Assembly (NCBI GenBank): GCA_963817395.1
Contig: CAWFOC010000008.1
Span: 26,389-90,388 of the forward strand
Direction of reading: 5' to 3'
Length of the DNA: 64,000 bases
From: an uncultured Acidobacteriota bacterium
GTDB lineage: Bacteria > Acidobacteriota > Vicinamibacteria > Vicinamibacterales > CAVPJW01
In this document: positions 50,797-60,642 of the stretch, piece by piece
Layout: the number at the start of each line of letters is the position of its first letter
Position numbering within the stretch: the stretch's first letter is position 1
Made by a program: the position numbers and the translations under genes
The notes under the pieces: model-generated
The model's input: only the letters and a program-made list of their open reading frames with translations
What the model was told of the DNA's origin: nothing
Database searches by the model: none

Positions 50797-51270
50797 ATGG
50801 ACCAAGACAGCGTGTTCGTGCTGTCAATCGTGATCCCGCTCGTCACCATCATTGGCGGGTGCCTGCTGATTGGCCTGGCCATCTACCGCTACACGCGGCT
50901 CAAGGAGCTGGCCTACCGCGAGCGGTTGGCCATGATCGAAAAGGGCCTGGTGCCGGGGAGCATCGATCCGGCGGGCTCCGATCGGGTCATGCAGCTGGCA
51001 TCGGTTTCACGGACCGAGCGTGGCATGAAGATGCGTACGCTGGGCGTGCTGCTCCTTGGCGTGGGTCTTGGTCTGGCGGTGCTCATCTCCTTTGCCGGCG
51101 AGGATCCGGCGAGCGGCGTGGGAGTGGGCGGTGGAATCGCCGTTCTCGGCCTTGCGTTCCTCGTCAACGGTATCCTGACGAGCCGCAGCTCGATGTCGCC
51201 TGGATATCCGGTGTCGCAGGCGACCGAGCGCGAGTCCCAGGATCGCGCGCCGTTCTCCAGCGACCACTAG
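50797..51270 (+). CDS. small membrane protein (three predicted helices), probable ECF regulon member
   Basis: I chose the ATG at 50797 inside ORF 50209..51270 for its RBS and hydrophobic N-terminus (MDQDSVFVLSIVIPLVTIIGGCLLIGLAIY). An amphipathic stretch follows (YRERLAMIEKGL), then two Gly-rich helices. Confidence 0.6.
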   Translation: MDQDSVFVLSIVIPLVTIIGGCLLIGLAIYRYTRLKELAYRERLAMIEKGLVPGSIDPAGSDRVMQLASVSRTERGMKMRTLGVLLLGVGLGLAVLISFAGEDPASGVGVGGGIAVLGLAFLVNGILTSRSSMSPGYPVSQATERESQDRAPFSSDH

Positions 51271-53185
51271 GCTTGGAGAGCGGATCGGGATGTGCGCGCC
51301 CAATGGAGCACACCAGCGAAAGCCGCCAACGAGACACCGATCAGGTCGGTCGTCGCCCTCGCATCGCAGAGAAGCAGACCCGCGCCAATACACAGCACGC
51401 GCTCGGCGAGGTTGATTTTGCCTCGCAGCCAGCCGCCGAGAGCCACCGCCAGAGCTGCCACACCAACCGCTGTGGACAGGGTCGTCCGGGCAATGACCGG
51501 GAGCGGGGCCTGTAACAGCACGCCGAGCCCGTCCGGGCTGAGTGTGAAGACGAAAGGCACCAGAAACGCCGGCAGCGTGTACTTCCAGGTCAGCGTCATC
51601 GTGCGCAGCGGTCGTCCACCCGTAATGGCCGCAGCCGCGAACGGCGAGAGCGCCGTGGGCGGGCTGACCTCTGACAGCACCGCGTAGTAGAAGATGAACA
51701 TGTGCGCCGCAACGGCCGACACACCGGCTTGAACGAGGGCAGGAGCCACCATCACCGCGGCGATGATGTACGAGGCCGTCACCGGCACGGCCAGTCCGAG
51801 CAGCCTCACGGCGATCGCAGCGTAGAGCACGGTCAGAAAGAGCTGGCCGTTCGCCAGGGCCACGATGAGCCCCGCCACCTTCAACCCCAGGCCTGTCAGC
51901 GTCACGATGCCGACGATGATGCCGGCCGTGGCCGTCGTCGCTGCCACGGACACGACGCTGAGGCTGCCGTTCTCGAGGGCTCGGAAGCAGTCGCCGCGGC
52001 CAAAGCGCCGTCTCGGGGCGAATGAAGCTGAGAGCCGCGGCGAGCAGCGTGGCCCAGAACACCGCCCTGAACGGCGTCAGGCCAAACACGAGCAGAACGG
52101 CGATCGCGACCAGTGACAGGAAGTGATAGCCGTACCGAAGCGTCAAGAGGCCCAGCCGCTCGACGTCGATACGGACCGGGCGCACCGTCATGCGCCGGCT
52201 GTCGAACTCGATCATCAGAAAAATCGACAGGTAGTAGAGCAGTGCGGGCACGAGTGCCATCGTGATCACACGCAGGTACGAGATCTCCAGGAACTCGGCG
52301 ATGAGGAATGCTGCGGCCCCGAGCGTCGGCGGACTCAGAATTGCGCCGATGCCGGCCGCTGACAGCATGGCGCCGCCGACCTCGGGCGTGTATCCGGCGC
52401 GGCGCAGCAACGGCCAGCCAACCGATCCCAGAGTGACGGTGGTGGCCACGCCGCTGCCGGACACGCTGCCCAGCAGGAGACCCGCGAGGGCGATGGTCCG
52501 GGCCGGCGCGCTGGCGGAACCGGATCGACCCATGCGCCGCCAGCGACCAGTCGATGAAGAAGCGACCGGCGCCCGACTGTTCGAGCACGGCGCCATAGAT
52601 GCCGAACAACACGATGTAGGTAGCCGCGACATCGAGCGGCACGCCGAATATTCCCTCGAGCGTCATGTAGAGCGTGCCGATGATGCGATCCGCTCCGTAT
52701 CCGCGATGCGCCAACGTCCCGAGACCGACGGCTGCCAGCGACGGCCCGAGAAAGCCGTAGGCGAGAAACAGCGCGGCCGTCGTCGGCAGAATCCAACCGA
52801 CCGACCGTCGCGTCGCTTCGAGCACCAGGAGAATGGTGAGCCCACCCAGCACGAGATCGATGACGAGAGGTGTTGTCGCGCGATACACGAATTGTTCGAA
52901 GTCGACGAGGGGCCAGGCGAGCGCGACGATTGCGGCGCCGGCAAGCAGCCAGTCGACGGGCGTGACACGGGCGATGCGAGACCGTCTGGCAGGAAAACGG
53001 AGGAACACGAGAACGAGCGCGATCAGCAGGAAGCTGACGCGATAGACCTGTGGCTGGACGATGCCGACGACCCAGTAGAGGGCGTAGAGCGAGAGGCCTA
53101 TGGCGAGAGCGGAGACGAGGCGGCCGATGGGTCCATCGAGGCGGCGAACCGGGGCGTCCTCGGTGGTCAGGTCGGGAGCGATCAC
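51267..53185 (-). CDS. TRAP transporter fused permease (TAXI-associated DctQM-type); two frame breaks as assembled
   Basis: It joins ORF 51902..53185 (N-terminus), ORF 51007..52632 (middle: GLLLGSVSGSGVATTVTLGSVGWPLLRRAGY) and ORF 51267..51953 (C-terminus). Junctions are at about 52528-52545 and 51993-52018. The GTG start overlaps the receptor gene stop (GTGA). Confidence 0.7.
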
Positions 53186-54187
53186 TCCTTCCAGACGCCG
53201 CGCTCCTTGTAAAAGCTGATGGCCCCCGGATGGAAAGGAGCGGGCGAACCGGTCACGGCGCGGTCGAGCGCGAGCTTGCGCGCCTCGGGGTGAATGGCGG
53301 CGAGTTCCGGCTGCTTTTCGAACAAGAGCCGCGTGATGTTCCGCGCCAGCTCATCGTCCATCGATCGGTTGGCGACCAGCACGTTGGAAACGCCCACCAC
53401 GGGGACGTCGCCGGAGAGCCCGGGATAGGTGGAGGCGGGCAGGTCGATGCAGCGCGTAGAGGGCCTGACCGAATTTTGCCTGGAGTGCCGGCAGCACGTC
53501 GTCCGTGGGAAGAAGCCGAATCGCGATGCCCGGCGTGTGCGAGAGATCCTGCACGGCGGGACTGGGAATGCCGCTGCTCCAGAAGAAGGCGTCGATCTTG
53601 CCGTCCTTGAGCGCACCTGCCGACTCACTGCCGCCCAGACCCTGCCGGCGGACATCGCGACGCGGATCGAGGCCGGCCGCCTCCAGCGCCCGGAACGCGA
53701 TCACCTCGGTGCCGCTGCCGGGCGATCCGGTCGACACGATGCGTCCACGCAGGTCGGCGACATGGGCGATCGGGCTCGAGGCGAGTGTTACCAGATGCGT
53801 GTAGTTCGTGTACAGGACAGCAAGGGCGACAACCGGCACCTTCTCACCCTCGAAGGCGCCATGTCCGCCGACAGCATCGGCCAGTGTGTCGGCCAGCGAA
53901 AAGGCCAGATCGGCTTTGCCATCGCGGATCAACTTCAGGTTGTCGACGGAAGCTGCCGTGACTTCGGCCGTGGCCTGTACGCCGGGCAGATTCTCGCTGA
54001 TGATCTTCGCGATGCCGCCGCCGTAGGGATAATAGACGCCCGCGGTGCCACCGGTGGCGATCGACAGCCAGCGTGTCCTGTCGGTCTCGCCGGTGCAAGC
54101 GGCAGCGCAGAACGCGCATACGAAAAGCAGAACACCACGGGCGCTCCGCCACCGGCCCGGGCGCGTGAACGTTCCAGCGCCTCGCAT
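53182..54187 (-). CDS. TAXI-family TRAP transporter solute-binding protein; one frame break as assembled
   Basis: The motif LSIATGGTAGVYYPYGGGIAKII is in ORF 53351..54187. The C-terminus is in ORF 53182..53655 (PFHPGAISFYKERGVWKE). The junction is at about 53447-53465. Confidence 0.75.
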
Positions 54188-54282
54188 GGGCCGAGTATAC
54201 GTCGGCGCCCGTCCGGCCGCCGTGTGAGGCTGAAGCGACGAGTTCCGGTTATCCTACCGGACGATCCACGAGCGACATTCGC

Positions 54283-55260
54283 ATGAGCACTCGCGTCAGA
54301 GTCTTCGCGCCGGCCAGCATCTCGAACCTCGGGCCAGGTTTCGACGTGCTGGGCCTCGCACTCCATCGTCCTGGCGACATCGTCGAAGCGGAGCCGAGTG
54401 AGCGGCCAGGTATCGAGATCGCGGCGATCACCGGCGATGGGGGCAGGCTCAGTGCCGACGCCAGGCGAAATGTGGCGGCGGTGGCGGCGGCGGCCGCGCT
54501 CGACGCCATGCGTGCGAAGGCGTCCGCACCGGCGGCCTCCGGGGTGCGGCTCTGGCTGCACAAACGGATGCCGCTCGCAAGCGGCCTCGGCAGCTCGGGG
54601 GCGAGCAGCGTGGGTGGCGCCTTTGCAGTGAACGAGCTGTTCGACCGCCCGCTCACGCCGCACGAGGTCCTGCTGGCGGCAATGGAGGGGGAGCGATCGG
54701 CGAGCGGATCGGTGCATGCCGACAATGTGGCGCCAAGTCTGCTCGGTGGCATGGTGCTGATTCGCAGTTATGACCCGCTCGAGATCGTCGAGCTGCCCGT
54801 TCCCGAAAGCCTCTGGGTGGTCGTCGTGCACCCCCACTGCGAGGTTTCCACCTCGGAGGCGCGCGCCCTGGTCGCCGGACGTGCGTACAGCCTCTCGCAG
54901 GCCGTCAGGAATCTGGGGAATCTCGGCGCGTTCGTCAGCGCCCTTCATCGCCATGATCTGCAGCTGCTCGGACGCAGCATCCACGATGAGCTCGTCGAGC
55001 CTGTCCGCGCGCAACTGATCCCCGGTTTCGCGGAGGTCAAGGCCAGCGCGCTCGACGCAGGCGCGCTGGGCTGTTCGATCGCGGGCTCGGGACCGTCGGT
55101 TTTTGCCTTCTCCAACGACGAGTCCTCCGCGCGGACGATCGCTCAGCGCATGCGTCACACGTTTCAATCGGCCCGGTCTCTGGACTCGGATATCTTCATT
55201 GGACGAGCGGGGGCGCCCGGGGCCCGCCGCGTGGAGGCGACGTGGGATCTCGAGAACTGA
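54283..55260 (+). CDS. thrB: homoserine kinase (GHMP kinase)
   Basis: Motifs VFAPASISNLGPGFDVLGLAL and GHMP motif PLASGLGSSGASSVG. 325 aa. Confidence 0.85.
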   Translation: MSTRVRVFAPASISNLGPGFDVLGLALHRPGDIVEAEPSERPGIEIAAITGDGGRLSADARRNVAAVAAAAALDAMRAKASAPAASGVRLWLHKRMPLASGLGSSGASSVGGAFAVNELFDRPLTPHEVLLAAMEGERSASGSVHADNVAPSLLGGMVLIRSYDPLEIVELPVPESLWVVVVHPHCEVSTSEARALVAGRAYSLSQAVRNLGNLGAFVSALHRHDLQLLGRSIHDELVEPVRAQLIPGFAEVKASALDAGALGCSIAGSGPSVFAFSNDESSARTIAQRMRHTFQSARSLDSDIFIGRAGAPGARRVEATWDLEN

Positions 55261-55305
55261 TGGCTCGGGCAGGCTGGCCGTGCCGCCGGGACGCGAGGGT
55301 CTGAC

Positions 55306-56652
55306 ATGGAGCTCTGCAGCACGCGCGACGCCAAGATTCGCGTCAGTTTTCGTGACGCCCTGATCCGGGGCATCGCGCCCGAGGGTGGGCTCTACCTGCC
55401 GATTTCGATTCCGCGGATCGGACTGGACGAATTCGCAGAGTGGCGCTCCCTGTCGTTCGCCGATCTCTCCGTCGCCATCGCCAAGCGAGTCATCGGCGAC
55501 GAATTCCCGGGTGATGTCATCGAGCGGCTGGTGGGCGGAGCACTCGATTTTCCCGTGCCCATCATCGAAGTCGAGCCGGGACGCTTCGTGCTCGAGCTCT
55601 TTCATGGCCCCACGCTCGCGTTCAAGGATTTCGGTGCGCGCTTCCTCGCGCGATTCTTCGGCTACATCCTGGCCGAGCGCGGTGAGCAGGCCACGATTCT
55701 GGTGGCCACCTCGGGCGACACGGGCGGCGCCGTCGCGCACGGCTTTCACGGCGTGCCCAATGTCAGAGTCGTGGTCCTGTACCCGGAAGGCAAGGTGTCG
55801 CCGTTTCAGGAAGCGCAGATGGCGACGCTTGGTGGCAACGTCACCGCCGTGCGCGTGTGGGGCGACTTCGACGACTGCCAGCGGCTGGTCAAGCAGGCGT
55901 TTCTCGATCGCCGGCTGACCGATCTGCGTCTGTCGTCCGCCAACTCCATCAACATCGGCCGGCTTCTTCCCCAGACCTTCTATTACGTGCGTGCGTGGCT
56001 GTCCGTCACTGCAGACGTTCACGATTCCGTGGTGTTCTCCGTCCCGAGCGGGAATCTGGGAAACGTCACGGCTGGTGTGCTGTCCGCCGCTATGGGCGTG
56101 CCGATGGCCGGGCTCATCGCCGCCACCAACATCAATCGGACGCTGGACGACTACTTAGCCAGCGGCAGCTACCGCCCCCGGCCCTCGGTGGCGACAATGT
56201 CGAGCGCGATGGACGTGGGCGATCCGAGCAACCTGCCTCGCCTCGTCGCGCTCGGGCCCACGCTCGAGGGCTTGCGCGAGCGCGTCAAGGTGAGTGTCGT
56301 CGACGATCAGTCCACCCGCGAGCGCATCCGGGACGTGTTCACGCGGACGGGATATGTCCTCGATCCGCACGGGGCTGTCGGCTACGAGGCGGCCACGCGC
56401 TTCGCGCGCGATCACGGTTTCGACGGGCCCATCGTGACACTGGCGACGGCGCATCCGGCCAAGTTCGCTTCTGGCATCAGCAGCATTCTCGGCTTTGCGC
56501 CCGAGCTGCCAGGTGACCGTTTTCGCGAGCTGATGTCGAAACCGCTCGGCGCCATCGACCTGGACGACACCGCATACGACGCCTTCGAGCGGCTCCTGCG
56601 CGACCTGCCGGAGGCGCCCGAACTGCGCCCGGCGGATCCTGCTATCCTGTGA
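55306..56652 (+). CDS. thrC: threonine synthase
   Basis: N-terminal motif GIAPEGGLYLP and PLP-lysine motif FHGPTLAFKDFGARF. 448 aa. Confidence 0.85.
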   Translation: MELCSTRDAKIRVSFRDALIRGIAPEGGLYLPISIPRIGLDEFAEWRSLSFADLSVAIAKRVIGDEFPGDVIERLVGGALDFPVPIIEVEPGRFVLELFHGPTLAFKDFGARFLARFFGYILAERGEQATILVATSGDTGGAVAHGFHGVPNVRVVVLYPEGKVSPFQEAQMATLGGNVTAVRVWGDFDDCQRLVKQAFLDRRLTDLRLSSANSINIGRLLPQTFYYVRAWLSVTADVHDSVVFSVPSGNLGNVTAGVLSAAMGVPMAGLIAATNINRTLDDYLASGSYRPRPSVATMSSAMDVGDPSNLPRLVALGPTLEGLRERVKVSVVDDQSTRERIRDVFTRTGYVLDPHGAVGYEAATRFARDHGFDGPIVTLATAHPAKFASGISSILGFAPELPGDRFRELMSKPLGAIDLDDTAYDAFERLLRDLPEAPELRPADPAIL

Positions 56653-56681
56653 TTCATTCGAGCCCGCGCCGAGGAGTCTCT

Positions 56682-58784
56682 ATGCCTTCAACTCTCAAGT
56701 ACGCGGCGCTTGCAGCCTGTTTGTTGACGCTCACAGGTGGCGCGGCTGCCGTGCCCGACGAGGGTGCGCTCGCTTCGGCTCGCCGCCTGCGCCTGGGTGG
56801 CGAACCCGGGCAAGCTGCCGAAACGCTCAGGGCCGTACCCGCGCGCGAGTCCAGCGTTGAGCTTCAGCACGAGTTGGTGCTGGCCCTCCTTGCGAGCGGG
56901 CAGGCAGACGATGCCCTTGCCGTCGCGGAGAAGGCGGTCGCCGCCGCGCCCGATGAGCCTCTTGCGGTTCGAGCGCGGGCTCTGGCGCTCAGCGCACGCT
57001 ATGAGGGTGAGCGGGCGCTCGAGGCCATCGAGCCGGCGCTCACGAAGCACCCGGGCAACGGACCTCTGCTGGCAGCCAAGGGGCGCACACTCTGGGAGCT
57101 GCGGCGCACAAAATCGGCAGTCGAAGCCCTGCAGGCCGCAGCAGGTCATGCCCCGTCGGCCGCCGAGGCCAACTACTATCTGGGGCGCATTTTCCATTTC
57201 AAGGGTTGGCGTGCTGAAGGGGCTTTCCCCGGGTGGCACGATGAACCGGAGTATCGCGCGAAGGCGGAAGCGGCGTTCCGGGCGGCGGCTGCTGCCAGCC
57301 CGGAATGGTATGCGCCCTATCTTGGCCTGGGCGACACGCTCCTCGCGGCTGATCGTCCGACCGAGGCACTGGCAGCCTTTGACCGAGCACTCGAGCGTGG
57401 CCCCAACGTGACGGCGGCGCTCGCCGGACGCTGGAGCGCGCTCGAGGCACTGAACCGGGTTGACGAGGTGAAGGCGGAGGTCGCGCGCGCGACAGAGTCG
57501 CCTGACGCCCGCCAGGTGGACGCGGCGCGGCGCGGATTCGAGCTGGTGGGTCTCGCGAGCGAGGCCGAGGCTGCGGCCCAGAAACTTCTTTCGAGATTTC
57601 CGGCAAGTGCCGGGGCTGCGGCGGTGACCGCGGCCCGTGTCGGGAACGCTCGACGGGCCAAGCAGTACGCTTCGGTCGTCGATCTGGCGGCGTCGTTCCC
57701 CGGTCGATTTCCGTCCAGCCCCGACCGCCTGGCCGTGCAGGATGCGTTGATCGAAGCCTACATGGCATCACCCGACACGCCACCGGCCACGCTTCTCCAG
57801 GCCATCGATGCGCGCATCGGCGCCCGGCCCGATCCTGCGGTGTTCGTGGCAGGCAGCACGGCGCTGGCAAGTCGCCGGGTCCTTCTCGACGACGCGATCA
57901 GGCTCGGCGAAGCGAGTGTGGCGGCGGCATCGACCTTCATCAACGAGAACCTGGGCTCCTACAAGATGGAGGGGAAGATTCAAAACGCGCTTGGCCGGAG
58001 CCGGGCCACCGGCCTCGATCTCGCCGGCTGGGCGCACTTCCTCGAGAGCGACCTGCCTTCCGCCACGACGAAGCTCGAAGAAGCCGAACGCCTGTCGCGC
58101 GGCAATGACATGGCGAATCAATACCACCTGGGCGAGCTGGCCCGTCGGAAGGGCGAGCTCGATGCGGCGCGCGAACGGTACCTGACGGCGCTCTCACTTC
58201 AGGGTCCGGCGGCGCTGAAAGACGCTGGAACCAAGGCCCTTGCCGACGTCTATGCGAAGCTCGGCAACGATCCGGCCGGGTTCGATGCCTATCTGAAAGC
58301 CGAGCTCGATCGACGCAAAGAGGACCGACGCGAGCGGCTCGTGCAGAGCATGCTCGATCAAAGAGTCCCGGCCATCGTCGTCGACGATCTCGCGGGAGGG
58401 CAGATCAACCTGGGCTCGCTTCGGGGCAAAGTGGTGCTGCTCAATTTCTTCAGCAGCTGGTGCGGAGCGTGCCGCGGTGAGTTGCCGCACGTAAAAACGG
58501 CGTACGAAGCCTACCGCAACGATCCGGGTGTGGCGTTTCTGCTCGTGAGTCTGGACGACGATCCCAAGCGCCTGGCGCGGTATCTGGCCGAGATGACGTT
58601 CCCGTTCCCCGTGGCGCATACGACGCAGAAGGCAGCCGAGGAGGCGTTTCGTGTGTTCGACGTGCCGGCAACGTTCTACGTCGATCGCTCTGGCGTCGTG
58701 CGCTATGAAGCGCGGGGTGGCGAGATTCACGGTCAGGCCGCCGACCGCGTGCAATGGTTCATCGAGGAGCTGAAGCGTCAGTGA
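56682..58784 (+). CDS. secreted TPR-repeat protein fused to a TlpA-like thioredoxin domain
   Basis: Signal peptide MPSTLKYAALAACLLTLTGGAAA. About 550 aa of Ala/Leu-rich TPR-like helices. C-terminal redoxin domain with FFSSWCGACRGELP (CxxC). Confidence 0.75.
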   Translation: MPSTLKYAALAACLLTLTGGAAAVPDEGALASARRLRLGGEPGQAAETLRAVPARESSVELQHELVLALLASGQADDALAVAEKAVAAAPDEPLAVRARALALSARYEGERALEAIEPALTKHPGNGPLLAAKGRTLWELRRTKSAVEALQAAAGHAPSAAEANYYLGRIFHFKGWRAEGAFPGWHDEPEYRAKAEAAFRAAAAASPEWYAPYLGLGDTLLAADRPTEALAAFDRALERGPNVTAALAGRWSALEALNRVDEVKAEVARATESPDARQVDAARRGFELVGLASEAEAAAQKLLSRFPASAGAAAVTAARVGNARRAKQYASVVDLAASFPGRFPSSPDRLAVQDALIEAYMASPDTPPATLLQAIDARIGARPDPAVFVAGSTALASRRVLLDDAIRLGEASVAAASTFINENLGSYKMEGKIQNALGRSRATGLDLAGWAHFLESDLPSATTKLEEAERLSRGNDMANQYHLGELARRKGELDAARERYLTALSLQGPAALKDAGTKALADVYAKLGNDPAGFDAYLKAELDRRKEDRRERLVQSMLDQRVPAIVVDDLAGGQINLGSLRGKVVLLNFFSSWCGACRGELPHVKTAYEAYRNDPGVAFLLVSLDDDPKRLARYLAEMTFPFPVAHTTQKAAEEAFRVFDVPATFYVDRSGVVRYEARGGEIHGQAADRVQWFIEELKRQ

Positions 58785-58791
58785 GGATGGC

Positions 58792-60021
58792 GTGAAGCTG
58801 AACCGCCGACAGTTTCTCGGGACGACCGCCGGTGTGGCGTCGGTTTCCTCGCTCCAGGGTCGCGCGCGGCCGGCCGTCCCTCCCGCTCCAGACGACGAAG
58901 CCGATCCGCTCGGCGTGCGCGCCGATTTCCCTGTCGTGACGCAAGGCGTGTATCTCAATTCGGCCTACATCGCCCCGAACCCTCGCGTGGTGGCGCAGGC
59001 CGGTTGCGCATTCGCCGAGGCGAAGGCGACGAAGCCGCTCTCGCTCGGTGACATGCAGGCCAGAGCCGACGAGGTGCGCCGTCAGTACGCGCGCCTCGTC
59101 AACGCAACACCCGAGGAGATTGGTTTCCTCTTCACCACGAGCGAAGGCGAAAATCTGGTGGCCGGCGCGCTCAATCTCCGGTCCGGCGACAACGTCGTGC
59201 TCGACGAGCTGCACTATCTGGCCGAATTCGTGCTGTACGAGCATTTGCGCGAGACGCGCGGCGTCGAGGTGCGGGTGGCGAAGGCGAGGGAGGGCGCCGT
59301 TTCGGCGCAGGACTTCGAACCGCTCGTCGACGAGCGCACGCGTCTCGTTTCCGTCGCGTGGGTCTCGCATCAGAACGGCTTTCGTCACGACATGCGGCCA
59401 ATTGCGGACCTGGCCCATGCGAAGGGCGCGCTCTTCTACGCCGACGGCGTGCAGGCGGCCGGGATGTTTCCGCTCGATGTTCGCGAGGCGGGCGTGGACT
59501 GCATGGCCAGCGGCACCTACAAGTGGCTGCTGGGCAGCTTCGGAGTGGCGCCGTTCTTCGTGAAGCGCGAGCTTCTCGACCGTATTCCGAACGATCGATG
59601 GGGTGCGCTGCACGTGGAACAGGAGCTGCCCGATCGGAAGTTCAGGATCCATCGAACGGCAAAAAAGTACGACTACGCCACGCTCGCCTTCGGTCCGATC
59701 CATCAGCTCGGCGCCGGACTGACCTATCTCGAGAAGGTCGGCGTCGATCGGATTGAGGCGCACGGTGTCGGGCTCGCCCAGGAGCTTCGCGCAGGGCTTG
59801 TCGAGCGCGGCCTCCGCGTGCTGACCCCCGCCGCCAACCGCTCCTCCATCGTCACCTTCGCGTTGACGAAGGAGCAGCAGGCCGCGCAGAAAATCTTCGA
59901 CACCGCCCGCGTGCAGGTGACGATTCGCGCGGGCGGCACCCAGGTGCGGGTCTCACCGGCCCTTTTCAACAACCGCGCCGACATCCGGAAATTTCTCGAC
60001 GTGGCCGAACAGCTGGCATAG
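58792..60021 (+). CDS. aminotransferase class V-fold PLP enzyme with a twin-arginine (Tat) signal peptide
   Basis: N-terminus MKLNRRQFLGTTAGVASVSSLQG (Tat motif RRxFL). PLP-lysine region SGTYKWLLG. Fold pattern like cysteine desulfurase or isopenicillin-N epimerase. Confidence 0.75.
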   Translation: MKLNRRQFLGTTAGVASVSSLQGRARPAVPPAPDDEADPLGVRADFPVVTQGVYLNSAYIAPNPRVVAQAGCAFAEAKATKPLSLGDMQARADEVRRQYARLVNATPEEIGFLFTTSEGENLVAGALNLRSGDNVVLDELHYLAEFVLYEHLRETRGVEVRVAKAREGAVSAQDFEPLVDERTRLVSVAWVSHQNGFRHDMRPIADLAHAKGALFYADGVQAAGMFPLDVREAGVDCMASGTYKWLLGSFGVAPFFVKRELLDRIPNDRWGALHVEQELPDRKFRIHRTAKKYDYATLAFGPIHQLGAGLTYLEKVGVDRIEAHGVGLAQELRAGLVERGLRVLTPAANRSSIVTFALTKEQQAAQKIFDTARVQVTIRAGGTQVRVSPALFNNRADIRKFLDVAEQLA

Positions 60022-60027
60022 GAGACG

Positions 60028-60621
60028 ATGCGCGCCGCCCTCCTGCTCGCGTTGACGCTGCAGACGACGGGTCCCGTGGCGCTGGAGAACGAGTATGTAC
60101 GTGTGACGCGCAACCAGGCGTTCTGCGCGTCGGGCAAGGGGGCGACGTGCGGCGAGCGTGTCTTCGTGGCGATGGGCGACCTCGAGCTGCCGACCTGGAA
60201 CGGCGTTCACCGCATGACGCGCGGCGACATCGTCGTCTTCAACCAGGGTGAGGCATACACGCCGCCTGAGTCCGGCGAATTTCTGGAGGTGGCCTGGAAG
60301 CCCACGTATCCGCCGGTTCAGTCGCCGCGCGAGCTGATTGCACCCGACAAGAACGCCGTCCTGCACGATGGCGCGCGGTTCTTCGTGTTCGAAGAGAAGC
60401 TCGATCCTGGCGACACGCGCGCGCGGCACAGCCACAGCCAGCGCGTCGTCATCGTCCTGAACGCGACGCGTCTTCAACAGTGGCCCGACGGCCAGCCGGA
60501 GCTCTTCCGCGAGCAGATTCCCGATGACGTGCGGTTCAACCCGCCGGTGATCCACGTGGTGAAGACGGTCGGGCCGCGACCGCTGAGAAACATCGTCATC
60601 GAACTCAAGCCAGACCGATAG
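60028..60621 (+). CDS. secreted cupin-like protein (hypothetical)
   Basis: Short signal-like N-terminus MRAALLLALTLQTTG. ENEYVRV strand motif. Second half has a His-rich cupin pattern (GDTRARHSHSQRVVIVL). Confidence 0.5.
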   Translation: MRAALLLALTLQTTGPVALENEYVRVTRNQAFCASGKGATCGERVFVAMGDLELPTWNGVHRMTRGDIVVFNQGEAYTPPESGEFLEVAWKPTYPPVQSPRELIAPDKNAVLHDGARFFVFEEKLDPGDTRARHSHSQRVVIVLNATRLQQWPDGQPELFREQIPDDVRFNPPVIHVVKTVGPRPLRNIVIELKPDR

Positions 60622-60642
60622 AGATCAACGAGGAGAGGAACT

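Noticed and set aside
2239-54187. Programmed ribosomal frameshifting as the explanation for the frame breaks
   Set aside because: No slippery heptamers or shared sequence context were seen at the junctions. Both +1 and -1 type shifts occur. The affected genes are unrelated, and none of these families is known to use recoding.
53935-56022. 695-aa ORF on the minus strand, antisense to thrB and thrC
   Set aside because: It overlaps two genes with unambiguous GHMP and PLP-lysine motifs. The antisense product has no recognisable features.
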